A DNA stretch of 64,000 nt from an uncultured Flavobacteriales bacterium (GCA_913020155.1 CAJWBA010000006.1:5015-69014); one strand, 5' to 3'; positions 10,401 through 21,145 are shown, numbered from the stretch's first letter. Notes: generated by a model from the sequence alone, not told the origin. Numbers and translations: made by a program.

Positions 10401-11891
10401 TCAAATTACCGAGTTTGACTTGGTTCGTTCAACAGCCTCTTTCCAACCCTTGTATTTTTTGATTCGTGTATGTTCTTCCATTTTTGGGGTAAAAAGAGCT
10501 TCGCGTTCCCTTACTTTTTCGATAGCATCAGATGTCCAAAAACCGGCTTTGATTCCTGCTAAGAATGCAGCTCCAAGAGCAGTAACTTCAAGCATTTTTG
10601 GGCGATCTACATCTACATTGAGAATGTCAGATTGAAACTGCATAAGGTAATTATTGGCAGAGGCTCCTCCATCAACTTTTAGAGTTACCATTGAAGAACC
10701 ACTGTCTTCTAGCATTACGTTGATTACATCTTTGGTTTGATAAGCAAGAGCTTCTACTGTAGCCTTGATGATTTCATTTTTACCAATATCTAACGTAATT
10801 CCCGTAATAGACCCTTTGGCATTTGCATCCCAATAGGGAGCACCAAGTCCTGCAAAAGCAGGAACAACATACAAGTCTTTTAGAGGAGGGATGGATTGGC
10901 AAACTGCTTCGGTTTCTGAGGCCTGCTGAATTAAGTTTAATTGGTCTCGTAGCCATTGAATCGAAGCACCTCCAATAAAAATACTTCCTTCAAGTGCATA
11001 ATTTGGGGATTCATTTTCTAAGCTACAAGCTAGGGTTGTGAGTAAACCTCTATTCGAAACTAAATGCTTTGATCCCAAATTCAGCAAGATAAAACAACCC
11101 GTTCCGTAAGTGTTTTTTGCAACTCCTGGGCGATGTCCTCCTTGTCCAAATAAAGCAGCTTGTTGATCTCCTGCCACTCCATAAATAGGAATGGACAGTC
11201 CGTTGTAATCTAATGTTCCAAAATCAGAAGAGGATTCTTGAACTTCAGGGAGCATGGATCTGGGGATATCCATTGCTTTCAGAATTTTATCATCCCAAGC
11301 CAAGTTTTTTATGTTGTAGATCATGGTTCGAGACGCGTTGCTATGATCCGTAAGGTGTTTTTTCTCTTTTGTAAGCTTGTAAACCAACCAAGAATCAATG
11401 GTTCCAAAAAGTAAATTACCAGCTTCTGCCTCAGCCCTTGCTTGAGGAACTTCATCCAATATCCATTTCAATTTTGTCCCAGAAAAATAAGAATCAATAA
11501 CCAATCCTGTGTTTTCATGAACGTAAGTTTCCAATCCTTCGGCTTTAAGATTATCACAAATTGGAATTGTTCTTTTATCCAACCAAACAATGGCTTTATG
11601 AATAGGTTCTCCTGAATTTTTATTCCATACTACAGTAGTTTCCCTTTGATTGGTAATCCCAATGGAAGCAATCTCGGAAGGATCAATTCCTGTTTCTTTC
11701 AATATGTTTTCAAAGGCCTCAAGTTGATCGTTGTAAATAGCATTCGCATCGTGTTCTACCCAACCCGACTGCGGATAATATTGCCTTAATTCTTTTTGGG
11801 AAATTGAAACGATTTCTCCTTTTTTATTAAATAGAATCGCTCGAGTACTTGTGGTTCCTTGATCAAAAGCGACAACATATTTTTTTTCCAT
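10401..11891 (-). CDS. glpK: Glycerol kinase
   Basis: DQGTTSTRA, GITNQRET, YFSGTK, AGDQQAALFGQ, KNTYGTGCF, VPAFAGLGAPYWD. Confidence 0.96.
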   Translation of the reverse strand: MEKKYVVAFDQGTTSTRAILFNKKGEIVSISQKELRQYYPQSGWVEHDANAIYNDQLEAFENILKETGIDPSEIASIGITNQRETTVVWNKNSGEPIHKAIVWLDKRTIPICDNLKAEGLETYVHENTGLVIDSYFSGTKLKWILDEVPQARAEAEAGNLLFGTIDSWLVYKLTKEKKHLTDHSNASRTMIYNIKNLAWDDKILKAMDIPRSMLPEVQESSSDFGTLDYNGLSIPIYGVAGDQQAALFGQGGHRPGVAKNTYGTGCFILLNLGSKHLVSNRGLLTTLACSLENESPNYALEGSIFIGGASIQWLRDQLNLIQQASETEAVCQSIPPLKDLYVVPAFAGLGAPYWDANAKGSITGITLDIGKNEIIKATVEALAYQTKDVINVMLEDSGSSMVTLKVDGGASANNYLMQFQSDILNVDVDRPKMLEVTALGAAFLAGIKAGFWTSDAIEKVREREALFTPKMEEHTRIKKYKGWKEAVERTKSNSVI

Positions 11892-12005
11892 AAAACAAAT
11901 TAATTAATTATGCACCATTAAAGATAAAAGAAAAAGGAGAAGTTCTTTTCGAATAGTTCAATAAAAATAATTCTATTTTATGTATTTTTATTTAAAATAG
12001 TTCAA

Positions 12006-12782
12006 ATGGAAGACGAAATTATAGTAGCCTTAATTCAAATGGACTTGGCCTGGGAAAGCCCTCAGGATAATCTAAAAGGTTTTGACAAGTACCTGGAACA
12101 GCTTCAGTCAGAAACAGATGTAGTTTTTCTTCCAGAAATGTTTACATCTGGTTTTACAATGAATCCAGAAAATGTAGCCGAGTCTATGAATGGAAATACG
12201 ATTCAATGGATGATATTGTGGGCAAAAAAACTTAATACTGCAATTGCAGGAAGTTTGGTAATTGAAGAAGAAGGGTCTTATTATAATCGCTTTGTTTGGA
12301 TTAATTCAGATGGAAGCAAATATTTTTATGACAAGCGACATACGTTTACTTTGGCAGGAGAAAATCAAGCATATCAGACCGGTAAAAATGAGGGTATACT
12401 TCACTTTAAAGGATGGAAGGTTTGTCTTCGAATATGTTATGATTTAAGATTTCCAGTTTGGTCAAGAAATACGATGGATTATGATCTATTGGTCTATGTA
12501 GCCAATTGGCCGAGCCCAAGAGTCCATGCATGGGAAACACTTTTGCAGGCTCGTGCTATAGAAAACATGAGTTATACCATTGGAGTAAATAGAATAGGAA
12601 AAGATGCTAAACAAAATACTTATCTAGGAGGATCTGCAGTCTATGACTCACTTGGGGCAACCGTTTTTTGTGCAGCTAACAAAGAAGGAATATTTTATGC
12701 AACCTTATATAAGGATCAACAAGTTGCCACGCGGTCTAAATTAAATTTTCTAAACGATCGAGACTCCTTTATTGTACAATAA
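12006..12782 (+). CDS. Nitrilase-family amidohydrolase (omega-amidase/YafV-like)
   Basis: E-K-C triad: LPEMFTSGF, YDKRH, ICYDLRFPVWSR. Confidence 0.9.
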   Translation: MEDEIIVALIQMDLAWESPQDNLKGFDKYLEQLQSETDVVFLPEMFTSGFTMNPENVAESMNGNTIQWMILWAKKLNTAIAGSLVIEEEGSYYNRFVWINSDGSKYFYDKRHTFTLAGENQAYQTGKNEGILHFKGWKVCLRICYDLRFPVWSRNTMDYDLLVYVANWPSPRVHAWETLLQARAIENMSYTIGVNRIGKDAKQNTYLGGSAVYDSLGATVFCAANKEGIFYATLYKDQQVATRSKLNFLNDRDSFIVQ

Positions 12783-14373
12783 ACACTTCATTTTGATCCC
12801 AATTCGCTCTAAGTACAATTTCCCCGTCCATGTAAAAAACATCTTCAGGCTGAATTTTTTTGAGATAATTTCCAGTATCCCATTTTTGATTGTTGTTCAA
12901 GTCTTTTACCAAACGAAAACCATAATTCCCGGGAGTCAGATGATTGAAGCTATAGCGGTTGTTTTCATTTTTCATTTTTTTTCGAACAGTCTCCCCTTTT
13001 TTATCCAGTAGTTCAATAAAATAATTAAAGTCTCCATCTGTTTCCACAGAAAGGATGATCACACCATAATCTTCAATTTTTTTGGTTGTCAATTTACTTT
13101 GAATGGTATCATTTGTATCCCCCCAAAAATCAACCGCTGCATTTGGTAATATTTTTATGTAGTAACTATTATTTGGAGTTTTTTCAAAATCTAAAAAAAT
13201 TTCATTTTTATTTTTGTTAAGGATAGATTTAAAAGGAACTAAAAGAGAATCTAAATCCAGAATTTTAATAAATTCATTATTGATTGAAGTTATTGGAAGC
13301 GAAGACTTTAAGGATAGTGTATCCAAAAAGTCAATAACTCCTGAATGAGAAAATTTGATTTCCAAGGAATCAAGTGTTGGGCGCACAGGTTTCACAATTT
13401 TTTGAATCATGGAGTCTTTCCCACTTAATTTAAAAACCAAAGAATCAATTTTTTTGATCCCAGAGAACCAAAAATCTAAGCTGTCTTTTTCGGTGTGTTT
13501 TGTGATTAGGTATTTAAAATCTTTTGGCACTTCGCTTACAAGCTTTATTTCCCTGGCTGAAGGGTCACCATAATACCCAAAAACAATATGATGATCGTTT
13601 ACAAACTGAGGCCGTGTCCAGTTAAAATTTTGAATTTCTTTGAAAAGCACAGGGAAACGCAGTGTATCTCCAGGAAGTTTTACAGGGTCTTCAAAAAAAC
13701 CGATTTTGTCAATGTTCTGATCAAAAAGATAATTTTTACCCACGTCTTGAATGGCGATCATTTCATAAGTCCCTTCACTGATGTTTTGTAGTTTGAAATA
13801 AACGCTGTCAAGTGTATTGGCAACATAAAAAGGCTTATTCTTGAAAATTGTAGAATCTCTAAAACTAGAGTCTATGGGGTACAAATGGACAGAAATATTA
13901 GGATCGGTTTCTATTTCATAAGCATCCTTTACAGTCCCCTCCAAATACAGGGAGTCAATTACAGCACCAGTAGAAAAGGTGTAACTGAAAAAAGTCAAAG
14001 GATTAGCTTCATTAAAATCTTCAATTGCAGAGCCGAAGTTGAGGGTATACGTAATGTTTGGTTTTAAAGAATCTAAAAATTCGATTTCAATCTTTTTGCT
14101 TACTGTAGATTCAGGTGAAATTTTGTATTGATTTGGCTCTAATGGTGGAGAGGTAATAAATTGACTGATGATGTCTTTGAGTTTGATGTATTCATCAAAA
14201 TATAAAGTAATTTTTTCTTCATCAAAAAAGGTGGTATTCAATGAGGGAACAGCTCGAATCAGAACTGGTGGTAAACTGTCTTTGGCTCCACCTGAAGGGG
14301 AACCTCTTTTAGCGCAGCCGGAAATAGATAAGATTAAAATTACTCCAATAATGTAGAGGAAGTTTTTCCGCAT
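12769..14373 (-). CDS. Lipoprotein with Ig-like (Big_5) domain, conserved in Bacteroidota
   Basis: Lipobox ISGC followed by AKRGSPSGGAKDSLPP, FDEYIKL; C-terminal DLNNNQKWDTGNY..QPE..RANWD. Confidence 0.82.
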   Translation of the reverse strand: MRKNFLYIIGVILILSISGCAKRGSPSGGAKDSLPPVLIRAVPSLNTTFFDEEKITLYFDEYIKLKDIISQFITSPPLEPNQYKISPESTVSKKIEIEFLDSLKPNITYTLNFGSAIEDFNEANPLTFFSYTFSTGAVIDSLYLEGTVKDAYEIETDPNISVHLYPIDSSFRDSTIFKNKPFYVANTLDSVYFKLQNISEGTYEMIAIQDVGKNYLFDQNIDKIGFFEDPVKLPGDTLRFPVLFKEIQNFNWTRPQFVNDHHIVFGYYGDPSAREIKLVSEVPKDFKYLITKHTEKDSLDFWFSGIKKIDSLVFKLSGKDSMIQKIVKPVRPTLDSLEIKFSHSGVIDFLDTLSLKSSLPITSINNEFIKILDLDSLLVPFKSILNKNKNEIFLDFEKTPNNSYYIKILPNAAVDFWGDTNDTIQSKLTTKKIEDYGVIILSVETDGDFNYFIELLDKKGETVRKKMKNENNRYSFNHLTPGNYGFRLVKDLNNNQKWDTGNYLKKIQPEDVFYMDGEIVLRANWDQNEVFIVQ

Positions 14374-14414
14374 GAATCTTATTTTAGTGCAAATTAAAGG
14401 ATAAATCATTTAAA

Positions 14415-14600
14415 TCCCAACCACGTTTTCCGTCAGATGGTAAAAACAACTTTTTTATTAGTGATGAAAGTGGTGCGGATAACGTTTAGATAGCGGATTT
14501 CAATGGTAAGAATATTCGCCAAATCACAGAGTACAATCAGGAATTATTAGTTTCTCCCGAATGGAGTTGGGATGTTAGAGCAATATTAGTTACGGTTATT
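14415..14600 (+). pseudogene. Isolated fragment of a PD40/TolB-like beta-propeller gene
   Basis: Reads SQPRFPSDGKNNFFISDESGADNV*IADFNGKNIRQITEYNQELLVSPEWSWDVRAILVT, i.e. two degenerate PD40 repeats, with TAG at 14487 where Trp is expected; no start codon. Confidence 0.65.
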
Positions 14601-14627
14601 ACAGACGGCTTTCAACGAACGGCTTCG

Positions 14628-15016
14628 TCACCTTTTTTTATTAAGTGGAACAGGAATAATAGCATCAATAGTTTGATAATTAATTGAGGACTTTATTTCT
14701 TTACCCAAAAGGATTGCAAAATTAAGTTTCTAATTATTTTTAACCCCGCATTTCAATTGATAAAAAAGCTTTTCTAAAATGCTATTTTTATAAAATAGCA
14801 AAAAGCGGTTGCTTGTCTGATATTCAACCTGGTTTTAAATTTCTTTTTTATGGGATTAGTCTTCTGTAAATGAAAATAAGTGAAAGGAAGTTTAAGTTGA
14901 CAATGTATACAGATATTTTTTTCATTTAGAATTAAAACACTCACACAACCCAAACATAATTTTGGAAATAACAGGTTAATAAAATTGCTTCCAAGCTCTT
15001 TTGCGAAGTTTTTCAT
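14628..15016 (-). pseudogene. comF: ComF-family (double zinc ribbon/phosphoribosyltransferase) pseudogene
   Basis: LLFPKLCLGC..ICIHCQLKLP N-terminus, frameshift ~14790, then ILEKLFYQLK..*..IDAIIPVPLNKKR* (stops at 14730 and 14628). The C-terminal PRTase half is missing. Confidence 0.8.
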
Positions 15017-15068
15017 GTTAAATAAGATTTGAGTAAGGTAAAATACGAAAAAGGATTATTTTTGTACC

Positions 15069-16601
15069 ATGACAGATTTCAAAAAAATAATTTCACATGC
15101 AAAACAATACGGATTTGTATTTCCATCAAGTGAAATATACGATGGCCTAAGTGCTGTTTACGACTATGCTCAAAACGGAGTTGCTCTCAAAAAAAACATT
15201 CGAGATTATTGGTGGAAATCAATGGTCCAACTACATCATAACATTGTAGGGATAGACACAGCTATTTTTATGCATCCAACTACATGGAAGGCCTCGGGTC
15301 ACGTAGACGCTTTTAATGATCCTTTGATTGATAATAAAGACTCTAAAAAGCGATATCGAGCAGATGTTTTGGTGGAGGACTATTGTTCCAAAATTGAGAA
15401 TAAAATGGATAAGGAAATTGCTAAAGCGGCAAAACGTTTTGGCGATGACTTTGATCAAGAAGAATTCATCAAAACAAACCGCAGGGTGGTTGGGTATCAA
15501 GAAAAAATAAATCAAATTTTGAAGCGTTTGGGTCAATCTTTAGAAAAAGAAGACCTCACCAATGTCAAGAATCTGATCGAAGAACTCGAAATTGCTTGTC
15601 CAGAATCGGGATCCAGAAACTGGACCGAAGTGAAGCAGTTTAATCTTATGTTCGGAACTAAATTAGGAGCCTCAGCTGACTCTGCAATGGATTTATACTT
15701 ACGTCCAGAAACTGCACAGGGGATTTTTGTAAACTTTTTAAACGTCCAGAAAACAGGTCGATTGAAAATCCCATTTGGAATTGCACAAACGGGAAAAGCA
15801 TTTAGAAACGAAATTGTAGCACGTCAATTTATTTTTCGAATGCGAGAATTTGAACAAATGGAAATGCAGTTTTTCATCCCCCCTGGAACTCAAAAAGAGT
15901 GGTACAACCAATGGAAAGAAACTCGACTTAAATGGCATCTTTCCCTAGGAATGGGAGAAGAAAATTATCGCTTTCACGATCACGAAAAATTAGCTCACTA
16001 TGCCGATGCAGCAGCAGATATTGAATTTAAATTTCCTTTTGGATTTAAAGAACTGGAAGGGATTCATTCTCGAACCGATTTTGATTTAGTTAGTCATGAA
16101 GAGTTTTCGGGGAAAAAGTTGCAGTATTTTGACCATGAGCAGAACGAAAATTATGTGCCCTATGTGGTTGAAACTTCAGTGGGATTAGATCGTATGTTTT
16201 TGGCTGTTTTTTCCTGGGCACTGCGTGAAGAAATGCTAGAAGATGGTAGCTCAAGAACCGTGTTGAAATTACCTTCAATATTAGCACCTATTAAAATCGC
16301 AATTTTACCCTTGGTAAAGAAAGATGGTCTTCCTGAGCTTGGAAAAAAGTTGATGGATGATTTAAAATGGAATCATGAAGTTAGTTATGATGAAAAAGAT
16401 GCTGTGGGGAGACGATACAGACGTCAAGACGCATTGGGAACCCCCTATTGTATTACTGTTGATCATCAAACACTTGAGGATCAAACGGTGACTATTCGAG
16501 ATCGTGACACGATGAAACAAGAACGTATTTCTATTGAGGCATTGGGAGGCTTTTTGAATAAAAAATTAGATTTTAAAAATTGGTTAAAAAAAATTCAATA
16601 A
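15069..16601 (+). CDS. glyQS: Glycine--tRNA ligase (homodimeric, GlyQS type)
   Basis: LRPETAQGIF, GKAFRNEI, FRMREFEQME, ELEGIHSRTDFDL, GRRYRRQD. Confidence 0.96.
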   Translation: MTDFKKIISHAKQYGFVFPSSEIYDGLSAVYDYAQNGVALKKNIRDYWWKSMVQLHHNIVGIDTAIFMHPTTWKASGHVDAFNDPLIDNKDSKKRYRADVLVEDYCSKIENKMDKEIAKAAKRFGDDFDQEEFIKTNRRVVGYQEKINQILKRLGQSLEKEDLTNVKNLIEELEIACPESGSRNWTEVKQFNLMFGTKLGASADSAMDLYLRPETAQGIFVNFLNVQKTGRLKIPFGIAQTGKAFRNEIVARQFIFRMREFEQMEMQFFIPPGTQKEWYNQWKETRLKWHLSLGMGEENYRFHDHEKLAHYADAAADIEFKFPFGFKELEGIHSRTDFDLVSHEEFSGKKLQYFDHEQNENYVPYVVETSVGLDRMFLAVFSWALREEMLEDGSSRTVLKLPSILAPIKIAILPLVKKDGLPELGKKLMDDLKWNHEVSYDEKDAVGRRYRRQDALGTPYCITVDHQTLEDQTVTIRDRDTMKQERISIEALGGFLNKKLDFKNWLKKIQ

Positions 16602-16674
16602 CCTTTAATAAGTTTTTTTTTAAAACACTTTTCATATCACGTTTTATAAAAGCCAGAGATTGCTTACTTTAGCT

Positions 16675-17448
16675 ATGATGAAAATCATTTCTTACAATGT
16701 TAATGGAATTCGAGCGGCTTTAAAAAAAGACTTCATTGGTTGGCTCAAGGTTTTACAACCCGATGTTTTATGTCTTCAGGAAACAAAGGCACAAAAAGAG
16801 CAAGTAGATACAGAAGCTATCGAAAAACTTGGATATCATCACTACTGGTTTTCTGCCCAAAAAAAAGGATACAGTGGAGTTTCAATAATTTGTAAACAAA
16901 AACCCAATCACATAGAATATGGAACAGATATCAAGCAAATGGATTTTGAAGGTCGTGTCATCCGAGCAGATTTTGACAATTGTTCTGTTGTAAGCATGTA
17001 TTTGCCGTCTGGGACCAACACAGACAGGCTAGAATATAAGTTTAAATTCATGGACGAAATTCGAGACTATTTTGCAATACTTCAAAAAAAAATACCTCAT
17101 CTGGTTGTTTGTGGAGATTTCAACATATGTCACAAAGCTATTGATATTCACGATCCTGTTCGAAATAAAAATATTTCTGGTTTTTTACCGGAAGAACGTG
17201 CATGGATGGATCGTTTTGTGAATCAAGGATTCGTTGATTCTTTTCGTAAGTTCAATTCAGAGCCACACCAATACAGCTGGTGGAGTTATCGAGCGAATTC
17301 TCGTGCCAATAACAAAGGTTGGCGTTTGGATTATGCCATGGTAAGCGAACCCTTAAGCCCTAAAATTTCAAGAGCCTACATTTTATCCGAAGCCTATCAT
17401 TCTGATCATTGTCCGGTTGCGGTTGAATTAGATTTTAAAAAAAATTAA
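16675..17448 (+). CDS. xth: Exodeoxyribonuclease III / AP endonuclease
   Basis: SYNVNGIRA, CLQETK, GDFNICH, YSWWSYR, GWRLDY, SDHCPV. Confidence 0.95.
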   Translation: MMKIISYNVNGIRAALKKDFIGWLKVLQPDVLCLQETKAQKEQVDTEAIEKLGYHHYWFSAQKKGYSGVSIICKQKPNHIEYGTDIKQMDFEGRVIRADFDNCSVVSMYLPSGTNTDRLEYKFKFMDEIRDYFAILQKKIPHLVVCGDFNICHKAIDIHDPVRNKNISGFLPEERAWMDRFVNQGFVDSFRKFNSEPHQYSWWSYRANSRANNKGWRLDYAMVSEPLSPKISRAYILSEAYHSDHCPVAVELDFKKN

Positions 17449-17458
17449 TTTGAATTAT

Positions 17459-18397
17459 ATGAAAAAATTAATATTTCTCTTCTTTTGCACCTTTAGTTTG
17501 GTTAGTTGCGTTTCTTCAAAAATGTTTAACGAAATTGAAGGAAATTATGCTCAGTTAAAAGTAGATCACTCTATCTTGGAAAAAGATAATATTCAGCTTA
17601 TTGTTCGTTATGACTCTTTGCGCTATCATTATGGAGAATTAATGTCTCAATTTGAAAAAATTGAAATGGAGTTAAATAGCTCAAAAAAGAATTTTGAAAC
17701 ACTTCAAAATTCTTACACTGCCTTAGAGAAAAACAGTAATGCAGAATTGCAAGAAAGTATTGAACAAAACAGAGGATTGTTGGATGAAATTCAATTGAAA
17801 GAGTCGGAGCTATTGGGGGAACGTTCGGAACTAGATTCTCTTAAAAGTGAGCTTGCTTCAAGAATTGCTCGAGTTGACGAATTAGAAAAGGTTATTGCAA
17901 ATAAAGAAGCATTACTTTCAAATTTAAAATCCTCTTTAACTAAAGCGCTTTTGAGTTTTGATGGAAAAGGATTGACCGTTGAACAACGAGATGGAAAGGT
18001 TTATGTTTCTATGGAAAATAAAATGTTGTTCAAGCCCGGAAGTTGGGCAGTTGGTTCAGAGGGGAAGGAAGCAATTAGACAACTCGCTATGGTTTTGGAA
18101 GAAAATAAAAACATTGCAATATTGATAGAAGGTCACACAGATGATGAGCCGTATATTGGAGATTCAAAATTATCTGGAAATTGGGATCTTTCAGTAAAAA
18201 GAGCAACATCAATAGTAGGATTATTGCTTAAGAATACCGGTGTAATCCCCGAAAACATTACTGCAGCTGGGAAAGGAGAATATGCTCCACTTGTTCCAAA
18301 CAGTTCGGCAAGTAATCGATCAAAAAATAGACGCATAGAAGTGATCTTAGCGCCTAAATTAGATGAGATTGGTAAACTTCTTCAAGGTCTAGACTAA
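17459..18397 (+). CDS. OmpA/MotB-family lipoprotein with long coiled coil and C-terminal peptidoglycan-binding domain
   Basis: Lipobox LVSC, coiled coil, IEGHTDD..NWDLSVKRA..NRRIEVIL. Confidence 0.87.
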   Translation: MKKLIFLFFCTFSLVSCVSSKMFNEIEGNYAQLKVDHSILEKDNIQLIVRYDSLRYHYGELMSQFEKIEMELNSSKKNFETLQNSYTALEKNSNAELQESIEQNRGLLDEIQLKESELLGERSELDSLKSELASRIARVDELEKVIANKEALLSNLKSSLTKALLSFDGKGLTVEQRDGKVYVSMENKMLFKPGSWAVGSEGKEAIRQLAMVLEENKNIAILIEGHTDDEPYIGDSKLSGNWDLSVKRATSIVGLLLKNTGVIPENITAAGKGEYAPLVPNSSASNRSKNRRIEVILAPKLDEIGKLLQGLD

Positions 18398-18401
18398 ATT
18401 T

Positions 18402-19442
18402 ATGAAATACACCACATTACCCGGTACCGAAATAAAAGTCAGTAAAATATGTTTAGGTACCATGACCATCGGAAATCAAAATACAGAAGCAGAAGGATTT
18501 GATCAGATGGATTTAGCCCTCGATAATGGAGTTAATTTTTTTGACACTGCAGAACTGTATCCAGTTCCGGCAGAGGCCAAAACACAAGGAGAAACAGAAC
18601 GTGTTATGGGAAATTGGTTCAAAAAAACAGGCAATAGATCCAAGGTCATTTTGGCATCTAAGGCAGCTGGACCTGGGCCATACACTGCACACATTCGGAA
18701 TAAAGTAAGCTTCAATAAATCAAATCTTGTTGAAGCGGTTGAAAATTCCTTAAAACGTTTACAGACCGATTACATTGATTTATATCAATTGCATTGGCCA
18801 GAGCGCAATACCAATTATTTTGGGAAGCGAGGTTATTCTCACGATTCTGATGACCCATGGATAGAAAATTTTGAAGAAATTTTACACTACCTCAAAGAAT
18901 TAATAAAGGCTGGTAAGATCAGGCAAATTGGGTTATCTAACGAAAACCCATGGGCAATTATGAAATACATGGAGCTGTTTCGTAAGGGTTTACCAAAAAT
19001 GATTACGCTACAAAACACATATTCGTTACTTACTCGACATTTCGAGGTTGGAACTGCTGAGGTTTGTTTGCGAGAAAATGTTGGTTTGTTGGCCTATTCT
19101 CCTCTGGCTTTCGGTCGCTTGACAGGTAAATACAGAAACAGCAATAACCCCCCAAAAGCACGCTTTACCTTGTTTCCAAACTTTGCAGCCCGATATAATG
19201 GAAAACAAGCTATTGAAGCAACGGAACTGTATTATCAAATAGCTCAAAAACACAATTTAAGTCTTACACAAATGTCTTTAGCTTTTGTAAACATTCAACC
19301 TTTTGTAACCTCTAATATTATTGGAGCAACCAATTTAGAACAGCTACAAGAAAATATTGGGAGTATTAACGTTACACTTTCCAAAGAAATTTTAAAGGAG
19401 ATCGAATCAGTTCAAAACCAACTCCCCAATCCTTCGCCTTAG
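18402..19442 (+). CDS. NADP(H)-dependent aldo/keto reductase (Tas-like)
   Basis: ICLGTMT, FFDTAELY, DLYQLHWP, IGLSNE, LLAYSPLAFG. Confidence 0.92.
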   Translation: MKYTTLPGTEIKVSKICLGTMTIGNQNTEAEGFDQMDLALDNGVNFFDTAELYPVPAEAKTQGETERVMGNWFKKTGNRSKVILASKAAGPGPYTAHIRNKVSFNKSNLVEAVENSLKRLQTDYIDLYQLHWPERNTNYFGKRGYSHDSDDPWIENFEEILHYLKELIKAGKIRQIGLSNENPWAIMKYMELFRKGLPKMITLQNTYSLLTRHFEVGTAEVCLRENVGLLAYSPLAFGRLTGKYRNSNNPPKARFTLFPNFAARYNGKQAIEATELYYQIAQKHNLSLTQMSLAFVNIQPFVTSNIIGATNLEQLQENIGSINVTLSKEILKEIESVQNQLPNPSP

Positions 19443-19450
19443 TCAAGCAT

Positions 19451-21145
19451 TTAAAAAGCTATTTTTGGAATGGCTTCTATAAGTTTTTGAGTTGAAAGGT
19501 GCTCTGGGTTTTGACAAAGCTGATCAGCTTCTTTGTATTCAACTATTGTTCCTTCATCCATGACCATGATTTTGTCAGAAATGTATTGAACAACAGAAAG
19601 GTCGTGTGAAATAAAAATATAGGATAATTGGAGTTTTTCTTTTAAATCATTGAGAAGATTGAGTACTTGAGCTTGTACAGAAATATCTAATGCTGCAACA
19701 GACTCATCACAAATTAATATTTTAGGATTAACCGCCAGAGCTCGAGCAATAACAGCTCTTTGGCGTTGACCTCCAGAGAGTTCATGTGGATAACGGTCAT
19801 AAAAAGTTGACCCTAATCCTACTTTTTTTAAAAGGTCAATTACCCGATCTTTTTGAAAGGGTTTTTGAAGAATTTTATGAGCGATTATGGGTTCAAGAAT
19901 TGCATCCCCAATTTTTTTCTGGGGATTTAGTGCCGCATAAGGATCTTGGAAAATAAACTGAATGTTGGTTCGTAATGATCTTATTTTTTGAGGAATCAAT
20001 TTATTTAAAGAGGTTCCCTCATATTCAATATTCCCTTTAGTGGGTTTGTCTAAGAATACTAAAGCTTTTCCTAGAGTAGATTTTCCACATCCAGAGGCTC
20101 CCACCAATCCTAGGGTTTCTCCAGGATAAAGATCAAAAGAAATATCCTTGACAGCCAAAAAGCTTTTGGTCTTTCCAAAAAGACTAGATTTAGACATGTA
20201 TGTTTTACTCAAGTTCCGCACTGAAAATAGGGGCTTCTGAGCGTATAATTTTTCTAAACGTGCATTACGTTCTTTAGGATCAATAAATTCTTTTTTCATG
20301 AGAGGGTTAGAATAGTTTTCGATTGTAGGTAATTTCTTTAAACGTTGATTAGGTGCGGGGCGTGCATGAATCAAAGCTTGAGTGTAGTGATCTTTAGGAT
20401 GTTTGAAGATTTCCTGAGGGGTTCCAGATTCAACTACTCTTCCTTCATAAAGAACAATAATTTTATCAGCTAATTGAGAAACCAAGGATAAGTCGTGTGA
20501 AATGAATAATACACTCATCTGAGTTTGTTTTTGTATCTCTTTGAGTAAATCGATTATTTCTTTTTGTACCAGAACATCCAAAGCAGTTGTGGGCTCGTCT
20601 GCAATAAGTAATTTGGGCTTATTTATTAGTGCCATAGCAATCATCACGCGTTGTTTTTGACCTCCACTAATTTCATGTGGATAAGCATCATAGATTCGTT
20701 CCGGCGAGGGAAGTTTAACTCGCTCAAAGGCTTTAAGAACTTTTTCTTTTCGTTTTTCTTTTGACAAAGAATTTTTGAAATGCTGCTGAATAATTTCATT
20801 GACTTGGCTTCCACATCGCATTGTTGGGTTCAAAGAAGATTGAGGTTCTTGGAATACCATACTGATTTTATTTCCTCGAATTTTTTGCCACTGGGTTTCA
20901 CTAAAATTTAATAACTCCGTTTTTTCAAATCGAATACTGCCCGAGTCTATCGATGTTTTAGCTATTGGCAGTAAACCCAAAAGGGAAAGCGCAGTCAAAG
21001 ATTTCCCACTTCCCGATTCACCAACCATAGCTACAATTTCATTGGGTGTAATGTTGAAGTTTATGTTTTTCAGGATAGCTTTACCAGCTATGGATAGCGA
21101 TAAATCGTTAACTTCAATGATATTCTTTGAATTTAGTTGAGCCAT
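19451..21145 (-). CDS. ABC transporter ATP-binding protein with duplicated ATPase domains (peptide/nickel family)
   Basis: Two Walker A motifs (GESGSGKS, GASGCGKS), ISGGQKQR and LSGGQRQR, ADEPT and CDESV. Confidence 0.92.
   Translation of the reverse strand: MAQLNSKNIIEVNDLSLSIAGKAILKNINFNITPNEIVAMVGESGSGKSLTALSLLGLLPIAKTSIDSGSIRFEKTELLNFSETQWQKIRGNKISMVFQEPQSSLNPTMRCGSQVNEIIQQHFKNSLSKEKRKEKVLKAFERVKLPSPERIYDAYPHEISGGQKQRVMIAMALINKPKLLIADEPTTALDVLVQKEIIDLLKEIQKQTQMSVLFISHDLSLVSQLADKIIVLYEGRVVESGTPQEIFKHPKDHYTQALIHARPAPNQRLKKLPTIENYSNPLMKKEFIDPKERNARLEKLYAQKPLFSVRNLSKTYMSKSSLFGKTKSFLAVKDISFDLYPGETLGLVGASGCGKSTLGKALVFLDKPTKGNIEYEGTSLNKLIPQKIRSLRTNIQFIFQDPYAALNPQKKIGDAILEPIIAHKILQKPFQKDRVIDLLKKVGLGSTFYDRYPHELSGGQRQRAVIARALAVNPKILICDESVAALDISVQAQVLNLLNDLKEKLQLSYIFISHDLSVVQYISDKIMVMDEGTIVEYKEADQLCQNPEHLSTQKLIEAIPKIAF

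Noticed and set aside
17459-18397. Flagellar motor protein MotB
   Set aside because: No motA or flagellar genes nearby, and it has a lipobox rather than the MotB TM-Asp helix.
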